From IMG/VR virus record IMGVR_UViG_3300008255_000098: a DNA stretch of 64,000 nt; one strand, 5' to 3'. This document shows positions 57,025 through 64,000 of the stretch, one piece after another. The stretch's first letter is position 1, and the number at the start of each line of letters is the position of its first letter. The stretch comes from a virus. Its lineage: Duplodnaviria > Caudoviricetes. Both the position numbers and the translations under genes were made by a program. The notes beneath the pieces were generated by a model that was given only the letters and a program-made list of their open reading frames with translations, ran no database searches and had not been told where the DNA came from.

Positions 57025-57876
57025 TTATTCTAGTATAGAATTCATTTCTGTATTTTCCTCACAAGCAAATGATGTGAATAGTGCTTTTAGTTGAGTTGTT
57101 GAGTATTTGTGATCATACTCGAATGTATTTTCATAGCCTTCTATTGGAATAAAATTCAACTTAGTTGCTAAATGTTTAACACTTACAAGTTCCTTTTTAT
57201 CGCCATCCCAATATTCTTTAGAATTTAAAATTACACAATAGGTGTCATTTACATAACCAAAAGAGTGATAACACTCTGGAAATTCCACTGTTTTCTCAAT
57301 ATTAGTTTCAATATCTTTTTCTGAATTAGATTCTTCTTCGGAATCTTGGGCTTGTAGATTTGCAACAATTTTTTCGGCTGTTGTCGTTTCTTCCTCATCA
57401 TCCGAGTGAATTTTAATTGTCCACTCTTGCTCAGTTGGTGCTCCAAATGGCTTATCGTCTCTATATAGAATTTCTGCCATATTTAGAGAAAGACCAATAG
57501 AAATGTCTTGAAAAGAAATCTCTTCTATTTCTTTGGTATAGAAATTCTTACATTCCATATAGTCAGAGTCTTTTACAATTTTTTCTACTAAATACATATT
57601 CGAAGAAAATCCTGGAATAGGACCATCGGTTCCTCTAAATATTCCTAACCCAATTACATCCTTGACCATAATCGCATCATATAATTCTACAGTTTCCTCT
57701 TCATTTAAGATTAGCTTTCCTTCAAGCATGTCATTCCTTTCACTAGGAGATAAGATCGTAATTAACTTTCTTCCAGCGTCAATGACCTCATGTGTTGCTC
57801 TACACGGATACCTAACATCATTAGGGTGATTTTTAATCGCTGTTTTAATTGTATGCTCGGTAACTTTCATAGTCAT
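57025..57876 (-). CDS. Hypothetical acidic protein
   Basis: 283-aa ORF. Confidence 0.8.
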   Translation of the reverse strand: MTMKVTEHTIKTAIKNHPNDVRYPCRATHEVIDAGRKLITILSPSERNDMLEGKLILNEEETVELYDAIMVKDVIGLGIFRGTDGPIPGFSSNMYLVEKIVKDSDYMECKNFYTKEIEEISFQDISIGLSLNMAEILYRDDKPFGAPTEQEWTIKIHSDDEEETTTAEKIVANLQAQDSEEESNSEKDIETNIEKTVEFPECYHSFGYVNDTYCVILNSKEYWDGDKKELVSVKHLATKLNFIPIEGYENTFEYDHKYSTTQLKALFTSFACEENTEMNSILE

Positions 57877-58168
57877 ATAATACCTATATTTCTTAATTGT
57901 TAATTTAAGTGTCTTAATTAGAATAACACATTAGAATATAATGTAAATCATATATTAAATACTAATATATTTGTGTAGTAACATGTTGTTTTACTACAGT
58001 TTGAGTTTAAAATATAAACTTAAAGATGTCTACCCCAGAGAATATCTAAATATCTGAAACCAGATCACTTTTAATTTACTGAATAAAATTCCCAAACAAA
58101 TTCAACATTTTTAATATAAAATACACTGAAATTAATTTTGCTTTAACTTTGTTATTGTTATTATGCAG

Positions 58169-59869
58169 TTAATTCTTGAACATCCAAGAAAATTGAGACC
58201 AAAACGGGGAATTGTAATCATGTGTTCCTGAATTTGCGTGACTTGCCATAGACCTATTTTTTTCTAAGAAATCTGATAAGCTTCCATCCGTCATAATTGG
58301 AGACCCGGCATTTTGTTCGCCCTGTGGGTTATCCGTAGCACTGAATATTTTAGTAGATACAGACATTCCGGCAAGCATTGCCTTAGCAATCTCGTCACTG
58401 TCGTATACCACAGCTCCTCCAGCATCAAACAAAGAGTTACCAATTGCTAAAGCCATAATAAGATCATCATTATAACCTTTTTGTGCAGATAATTTGTTAT
58501 TTTTTTTCCAGATATAAGTTTGTAATTCAGCATATAAACGTTCTGAATATACTGCAATTCTTTTATTTCTCAATACGTCTTCTAATTTTGCCAGAATCTC
58601 AGTTTTGCTTTTTTGTGTAGTTTCAAAACCAGGAATTTCATTTTTCATTTCCATGGTGGAATATACCATATATACGTTTTTATGCATTTTATGATAATAT
58701 AAATTCGGGTAATTCATTTCTTTTAATTTTAGGCAAGCTGGTAATCCTACGGAATTTCTTTCTGGGCAAATCATGGCTACATTATATCTAAGACCGACTA
58801 CAGCTAGCATTTCTCCAAATTTGTCTGGAGGGATTTTTCCTTTATATTCTGCAACGACTTCATCAGAGTCGGTATCAATAACGTGGAATGCGGAAAAGTC
58901 CTCAGCGTCGCCACGTGAAATATCAGCAGAAATTATATATTTATGTTCAGAAACTGGGTGTACCCAAATCCACATATCTTTTTTAACAGTCCACTCGGGA
59001 CCCCAAAAAGCAATTGGCTTTTTGATTCTTTTAAAGATATTATCCATTACCTCAGCACGTAGAAAGGTATCTCCAGAAGAAGCAAAGGAGCACAATAATT
59101 CCATTGCGACGCCCCGTTCGCCTTTTGCTTCGACAATAGCCTTTTTTTGTTCTTCAAACCAAGTCTGATCTCTTTCAGGATGGACAGTCCACATTAATTC
59201 TAACGGTACAAAATCACTTTCTCCGTCTTTTGCTTTTTTCCATACCCTGTGGAAAAAGTTTCCAACACCAGCTGGTGTTGAAATTAGTATAGCGGAACCA
59301 CCTGTGGACAAGGTTGGATAAAGTGCCAACCATAGTTCTTCAATGCCTTCAACGTGTGCGGCCTCATCTACGATTAACATAGATAATGCGCTACCTCGAA
59401 ATGCGTTTTGAGAAGTTGCACTAGCTTCGATACGTGAACCATTTGAAAATTCTAAATGTGATTTAGAATCTCCAACAATTTCTGGCATAATCATCCACTT
59501 TGGCAAGCTTCCTAACATGTCTTTGACTTTTCTAATAAAAAGCTGAGCGGTTTTAAGTTGTGTAGCAATTACACCAATATTTTTTTGTTTTTGAAAAATA
59601 GCCATCCAAAGACAAAATGCTGCGGAAATTGTTGAAAGTCCCAACTGTCTTGATTTATTTACGATTACAAATCGGTTGTCTTGAAAAACATCAAGACAAT
59701 TATCCTGGAATGGGAAAGTATCAAATTTCACCATTCCTTTCATTGGATGTGAAATTTGAACATAGTTGTTTATAAAATATTTCGCATCCGACCCACAGGA
59801 CATAATTTCTTGGAGTTGAATCTTTTTTGAAGGCGCTGTACTTCTTTTAGTTTTCTTTATTCTAGCCAT
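58169..59869 (-). CDS. terL: Terminase large subunit (T4 gp17-like)
   Basis: FPFQ, KSRQLGLST (Walker A), LIVDEAAH (Walker B), ISTPAG, ADISRG, DDLIMALAI. Confidence 0.95.
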   Translation of the reverse strand: MARIKKTKRSTAPSKKIQLQEIMSCGSDAKYFINNYVQISHPMKGMVKFDTFPFQDNCLDVFQDNRFVIVNKSRQLGLSTISAAFCLWMAIFQKQKNIGVIATQLKTAQLFIRKVKDMLGSLPKWMIMPEIVGDSKSHLEFSNGSRIEASATSQNAFRGSALSMLIVDEAAHVEGIEELWLALYPTLSTGGSAILISTPAGVGNFFHRVWKKAKDGESDFVPLELMWTVHPERDQTWFEEQKKAIVEAKGERGVAMELLCSFASSGDTFLRAEVMDNIFKRIKKPIAFWGPEWTVKKDMWIWVHPVSEHKYIISADISRGDAEDFSAFHVIDTDSDEVVAEYKGKIPPDKFGEMLAVVGLRYNVAMICPERNSVGLPACLKLKEMNYPNLYYHKMHKNVYMVYSTMEMKNEIPGFETTQKSKTEILAKLEDVLRNKRIAVYSERLYAELQTYIWKKNNKLSAQKGYNDDLIMALAIGNSLFDAGGAVVYDSDEIAKAMLAGMSVSTKIFSATDNPQGEQNAGSPIMTDGSLSDFLEKNRSMASHANSGTHDYNSPFWSQFSWMFKN

Positions 59870-59875
59870 TGATAG

Positions 59876-60274
59876 TTATTTTACTTGGATTAATGCAGTA
59901 ACACGATAAAATCCTCTTGTGAGTGCAGAATATTGTGACACATGAATTATTTCTGTACTCTCGCTAAAAGAGTCGTCGTCCATGACTAAACTTATTTTTT
60001 CATCATATTGAGCCTTGTAATCTTCAGCGGCTCTTTCTAGTGCGCCTTTTATCATAGCTAGTGCTTCTTCTCTGTGTTTTCTTTGTAGTTCCATCCTCAT
60101 CTTATCTGAGCGATAGGTAACTGTCATAATGCACATAGCTTTTATTAGTTCACTGTCAATAGCTTTAAGTGTTACGTTCATTCCGTTGATGTGTTGGTGA
60201 CCAGGACCATCAGATCCAAAAGTAGAGTTTAAAACCTGTGATAGTCTTATTAATTTTTTATAGTCTTTTTCCAT
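59876..60274 (-). CDS. Hypothetical protein upstream of terminase
   Basis: 132-aa ORF, TAATTA upstream. Confidence 0.75.
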   Translation of the reverse strand: MEKDYKKLIRLSQVLNSTFGSDGPGHQHINGMNVTLKAIDSELIKAMCIMTVTYRSDKMRMELQRKHREEALAMIKGALERAAEDYKAQYDEKISLVMDDDSFSESTEIIHVSQYSALTRGFYRVTALIQVK

Positions 60275-60317
60275 AGTACCTTCTTATTACTAATTAGCAA
60301 CAAAATATAAAAATAAT

Positions 60318-60629
60318 TTATTTGAGTTCAAGTATTGGTTTTTCTAGGATATTTCGAGTGTTAATATAGTCTTCCCATTCCTTGGAAAGTTTATCTGGGC
60401 CTGTAGGCCAAACAATATTTGGTTTATTGGTCCACCTTTCATCACATTTATTACATATTTTATTCTTGCGATATGCAAGACTATCGTCGATTGTTTTCAT
60501 TGGTCTTAAACAACACTGACAAAACAAAGGAACAATATTTTCTACATCTGTTGTAGTTATTACTATAACTTTTCCTTTATTCATAAGTTTAATTTTTTTA
60601 CCGTTTGCGGTTTCTACCCATTTGTTCAT
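60318..60629 (-). CDS. Hypothetical Zn-binding protein
   Basis: PLFCQCC...ICNKC. Confidence 0.75.
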   Translation of the reverse strand: MNKWVETANGKKIKLMNKGKVIVITTTDVENIVPLFCQCCLRPMKTIDDSLAYRKNKICNKCDERWTNKPNIVWPTGPDKLSKEWEDYINTRNILEKPILELK

Positions 60630-60658
60630 ATACTTGATTTTAGAGGTACTATTTATAT

Positions 60659-62260
60659 ATGTTTATGGAAAAAAATAAAATCGAAATTTTAGTAGAAGAA
60701 GTCGTTGACGACCTATTAGCGAAAAAACTCGTAAAGAAGAAATCTAAACGTAAAAAAATCGATAAATTATCATATGAATACGTATATTATCTTAAAAGGA
60801 AAGACCCGGCTCTTTTTGAATTATTAGCGGCACAAGCGAGATTCATAATTGCTGCTGTTGAGAATGGCTACTCTCCAAAGGATAAAATTATATCACTTAA
60901 TAAATTCCTAAAAATGGATAAAAAGTTAGATCCAAGAGACAGTGCTGATACCCATGGGGTAAAGTTAGTTTTAGATTATCTTGTTAGACAGCAAAAGATT
61001 AAAGATCCTGGAGAATTTGCAGGTAAGACAAAACGTTGGTATCAGGCAGCACTCGATGCTGTTTTGAGAGCTACATATGAAAAAAAACCAATCAAGGTTT
61101 CCAAGGAACAAGTTACATATAATAAAAAAAAGTTAAATGAATCGAGTGCAGTTCATAAATCATTTTATTTGGATTTGCCAGACGATCTACTAAGGGTGTC
61201 AGACATTTTTAAAAGCCATGGATACCAACTGTTTGTTGTTGGTGGCGCTGTTAGAGATGCTCTTATAGGAAAAGCACCAAAAGACTATGACCTTGCTACA
61301 AATGCAAAACCAGATGAAATTTTACAAATGTTCAATGGGGCTCCTGGCTTCCGCACATTAGAAGTTGGAAAAGCTTTTGGAGTTATTAATGTTTATACAA
61401 AAGAAAATAATGAATATGAAATTGCCACTTTTAGACGAGATTTAAGTGCCGGTCGTCGCCCCGATGCCGTTGAATTTACGACAATTGAAAATGATGTACA
61501 GCGCAGAGACCTAAGTATAAATGCACTGTTTTATGATATTCAGAAACAAGAAATTGTAGATTTTGTTGGTGGAATTGAAGATCTTAAAAACGGAATTGTT
61601 AAATCTGTTGGAGACCCAAAAGAACGGTTTGCGGAAGACCGACTGAGAATATTACGTGCCCTTCGTTTTGCTGCTCGCATGGGAACAGAGTTAGACACAA
61701 ATACTAGAAATGCAATTCTTGAAGATAACTCTTTATCTGGAGTTTCTCCAGAGAGGATTAGAGATGAGTTTTTGAAAAGTATTAAAAGTGCCAAATCGGT
61801 TGTTTCCTTGATGAAACTTTATGATACATTTGATTTATGGCCACAGGTTTTTCCTAATTTAAGAATAAATAAAGATTATCCAGAAACAAAAAATATACCT
61901 GTGCTTTTAGCTTTATTGTTACGAGAAAACAATCCTAAAAATTTAGGTAAAAACTTAAATAAGTTAGTGTATAGTGTTGTTGAAACAAAACAAGTGGTAT
62001 TTTTAGTTATGTTTCAAGAAATATCGCTCACTAATGCTTATCAACTTAAAAAGTTATTTTCTTCTACAAGACTTACAAACTCAGACCTTCTGGAATTTGG
62101 GGAAGAAAATAAAAATATTGATATGAAATTAGTAAGTGCTTTTACAAAATATGATCTATCTGTCAGTGGACAAGATTTATTAGATTTAGGACTTAAAGGT
62201 AGAGAACTAGGCCAAGAACTAGAACGTCGTGAAAACTCTTTATTTATGGATTTGGTATGA
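60659..62260 (+). CDS. cca: tRNA nucleotidyltransferase (class II CCA-adding/poly(A) polymerase family) with ~160-aa N-terminal extension
   Basis: VGGAVRD.L.G..PKDYDLAT, EIATFR, RRDLSINAL, EDRLRILRALRFAAR, SPERIRDEF. Confidence 0.92.
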   Translation: MFMEKNKIEILVEEVVDDLLAKKLVKKKSKRKKIDKLSYEYVYYLKRKDPALFELLAAQARFIIAAVENGYSPKDKIISLNKFLKMDKKLDPRDSADTHGVKLVLDYLVRQQKIKDPGEFAGKTKRWYQAALDAVLRATYEKKPIKVSKEQVTYNKKKLNESSAVHKSFYLDLPDDLLRVSDIFKSHGYQLFVVGGAVRDALIGKAPKDYDLATNAKPDEILQMFNGAPGFRTLEVGKAFGVINVYTKENNEYEIATFRRDLSAGRRPDAVEFTTIENDVQRRDLSINALFYDIQKQEIVDFVGGIEDLKNGIVKSVGDPKERFAEDRLRILRALRFAARMGTELDTNTRNAILEDNSLSGVSPERIRDEFLKSIKSAKSVVSLMKLYDTFDLWPQVFPNLRINKDYPETKNIPVLLALLLRENNPKNLGKNLNKLVYSVVETKQVVFLVMFQEISLTNAYQLKKLFSSTRLTNSDLLEFGEENKNIDMKLVSAFTKYDLSVSGQDLLDLGLKGRELGQELERRENSLFMDLV

Positions 62261-62457
62261 ACTCCGAAAATGATTTTAAGCAAAAAGCTAGAGCTAGAGA
62301 AGCCTTGTTAAAGTCTGCACATTTTGCCCACCGTCAAGGAGTTGCTCAAGACTTTTGGATGAAGCACCCTGACATCCAAAAGATCAAGTTTGATTTTAGA
62401 CTTAGAGATGACATTCTCCTGCATATTGCAGCTTTTGTTTGGACATTTTCAAAGTAA
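62257..62457 (+). CDS. Hypothetical protein
   Basis: ATGAACTCCGAA at 62257 reads MNSEN on the plus strand (track label '-' is wrong); ATGA overlap with cca. Confidence 0.6.
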   Translation: MNSENDFKQKARAREALLKSAHFAHRQGVAQDFWMKHPDIQKIKFDFRLRDDILLHIAAFVWTFSK

Positions 62458-62483
62458 AAAAATATTTATTTGCGAAATTTAGG

Positions 62484-62511
62484 TTTACAATAATGTTTTA
62501 TGTGTTATTTT
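62484..62511 (+). promoter_or_regulatory. sigma70-like extended -10 promoter
   Basis: TTTACA-16 nt-TATTTT with TGn extension, upstream of ATG 62519. Confidence 0.5.
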
Positions 62512-62518
62512 AATAATC

Positions 62519-62746
62519 ATGAAATTAACAAAAAAATTTAAAAATATTTTCCACCCAAAAAGAATGTTTAAAGTTAACTTATTTGGAGTTCTATTAAATG
62601 TGGTTTTAGCTATTATCTCTGTGCTACTTGGACTTCACAAAGAATTTATGGAAATATTTGTTCTTTCTGGATTTTGTTTTTTCATTGGGCTAACTGCCAA
62701 TATGTGGCTATTTCTTAAAGAAGAGAGAGAAAATAAAATAAAATGA
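62519..62746 (+). CDS. Small membrane protein (2 TM)
   Basis: Plus-strand MKLTKKFK (track label '-' is wrong); two hydrophobic helices. Confidence 0.7.
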   Translation: MKLTKKFKNIFHPKRMFKVNLFGVLLNVVLAIISVLLGLHKEFMEIFVLSGFCFFIGLTANMWLFLKEERENKIK

Positions 62747-63009
62747 AAATTCGGACGTACAAATCACATATGAAAATGGCATTAGCTTGGTATACAAATG
62801 AACTGTATAGAAATCACGTAAACACATTTTTGACTGCTGCTAGAATTGAAGTAATTAGAAGAAATTTGTTTGAACTTCAAAAACTACAACAAACAAGAGA
62901 AACAAACCCAGTTTGGGGTGTTCCAGTAGAAATATCAGTTAATTTAGATGCAGGGCAATTTGAAGTAGTTGTTTCTGACGAAAATAGTGTTTTATATCTA
63001 GATTTTTAA
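62743..63009 (+). CDS. Hypothetical protein
   Basis: Plus-strand MKIRTYKS (track label '-' is wrong); ATGA overlap. Confidence 0.7.
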   Translation: MKIRTYKSHMKMALAWYTNELYRNHVNTFLTAARIEVIRRNLFELQKLQQTRETNPVWGVPVEISVNLDAGQFEVVVSDENSVLYLDF

Positions 63010-63050
63010 TTTATAATTTATACACTTAAATCACATGAAAAGGTTGGTAG

Positions 63051-63806
63051 ATGAAGATTCAATATAAATTGATGGTCGGAATGTTTTTGTCTATATTGGC
63101 ATTTGTTATATTTTCGACAAATCAACAAAAACAAGTTATTGAAGATGTTGACAATGCACAAATTGTTCAATATAGACAACAGACAAATAGTGTTTTAGCT
63201 GATTATTCAACTAATCCTACGTCAGTCTTGCACAACAAACGTATTTTGTTAATTGGTGATTCACAAGTCGCAGGCGCACCTGGGAGAGCTTTACAAAATT
63301 ATCTTATAACAGTCGGCGCATCCTATTTTTACCGGAGTGGACATTCAGGATGGGGAGTGAGACAGTGGTATGATATTCGCTCTCAAATTGAGTTAATGGT
63401 ATTGCAATATCACGTAGACGTATTATTAATTATATTAGGTGGAAATGATTGGAGTAGAGTTAGTAGTCAAGATTATATACAACTGGTAAATCAATTTTGG
63501 AGTTATATTGTTTTGAATCTTATTGCTGAAAATAACGATATGCGTGTATGTTGGATTGGACCTCCAAGAGTAGTTGGGCCAAGAGCGGCAATTATGCAGC
63601 CAAAAAGAGACTTTGTGTCAGAAACTATAAGACAGATAGTTGGTCAGGAACATTTTATTCTGTCAAGTGATATCACCGGAAATTTTGGAAGAACTGCTGA
63701 TGGAGTTCATTTTACTTATTCTGGGGCTAACCAATGGGTATATTCAATGAATTCAAGAATTGAAACTTGCGTATCAAATCAACAAAATATGTTAGGGAAT
63801 AGATGA
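63051..63806 (+). CDS. SGNH/GDSL hydrolase, membrane-anchored
   Basis: LLIGDSQ, SGWG, LGGND, DGVHF; N-terminal TM. Confidence 0.9.
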   Translation: MKIQYKLMVGMFLSILAFVIFSTNQQKQVIEDVDNAQIVQYRQQTNSVLADYSTNPTSVLHNKRILLIGDSQVAGAPGRALQNYLITVGASYFYRSGHSGWGVRQWYDIRSQIELMVLQYHVDVLLIILGGNDWSRVSSQDYIQLVNQFWSYIVLNLIAENNDMRVCWIGPPRVVGPRAAIMQPKRDFVSETIRQIVGQEHFILSSDITGNFGRTADGVHFTYSGANQWVYSMNSRIETCVSNQQNMLGNR

Positions 63807-64000
63807 ATTATAAGAAAATATTGGTACCATTAAGTTTGTTGGTTTTACCGTTATTTGAGGCAATACCAGCGAGAGCAAATGTTAATTCAGATGTTAATAA
63901 TGGAAGAAATATTGTTTCTTTTCCAATTGAGGAGCCTAACGATAGAGAAATTATGAAGGAAATAATTCTTAGGCGGCTAACTGTCTGGGTCAGACGTGAG
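63803..64000 (+). CDS. Secreted protein (partial, runs off window)
   Basis: Not in track. MNYKKILVPLSLLVLPLFEAIPARA|NV signal peptide; open to the end of the window. Confidence 0.7.
   Translation, partial: MNYKKILVPLSLLVLPLFEAIPARANVNSDVNNGRNIVSFPIEEPNDREIMKEIILRRLTVWVRRE

Noticed and set aside
1-64000. Stop-codon reassignment (common in some large phages)
   Set aside because: Conserved enzymes (DnaE, NrdJ, TerL, RecA) are full-length in the standard code and coding density is high.
1-64000. tRNA genes and CRISPR arrays
   Set aside because: No T-loop GTTCGA in a cloverleaf context and no regularly spaced direct repeats seen by eye; tRNAscan-SE and a CRISPR finder would be needed to exclude them fully.
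1-64000. Diversity-generating retroelement, retron or group I/II intron
   Set aside because: No reverse transcriptase motif, no TR/VR pair noticed, and the usual intron-host genes (nrdJ, dnaE, terL, thyX) are uninterrupted.

Overview
This window is a 64 kb, AT-rich, densely coding fragment of a large T4-like contractile-tailed bacteriophage (myovirus morphology inferred), read in the standard genetic code and mostly on the minus strand. It contains: a tail/baseplate module (hub-like protein, small wedge/LysM-like protein, tube-initiator-like protein, 1605-aa tape measure, duplicated tail-assembly chaperones); a terminase large subunit; a hybrid replisome (bacterial-type DnaE, intein-containing DnaB/gp41-like helicase, gp32-like SSB, RecA/UvsX, 5'-3' exonuclease); nucleotide metabolism genes (class II RNR, ThyX, dUTPase, IMPDH/GMP-reductase-like, two HAD nucleotidases, two Nudix, HD); six or seven sugar-modification genes; exported proteases and an SGNH esterase; a CCA-adding enzyme; and many hypotheticals. 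The most notable observations are: (1) a stand-alone 69-aa gene carrying the Gol-peptide segment of a T4 gp23-type major capsid protein; (2) three dispersed IS200/IS605 right-end (omegaRNA-like) hairpins, two bracketing thyX and one ending a TnpB remnant; (3) a tandem chaperone pair that appears to hard-wire the G/GT products normally made by frameshifting; (4) a family of enzymes with E-terminated leaders resembling prohead-protease processing signals, including a 558-aa multi-domain protein with internally repeated motifs. I found no tRNAs, CRISPR arrays or stop-codon recoding. Three ORFs at 62257-63009 are labelled minus in the supplied track but read on the plus strand. All family assignments come from motif recognition by eye; no database search was run.
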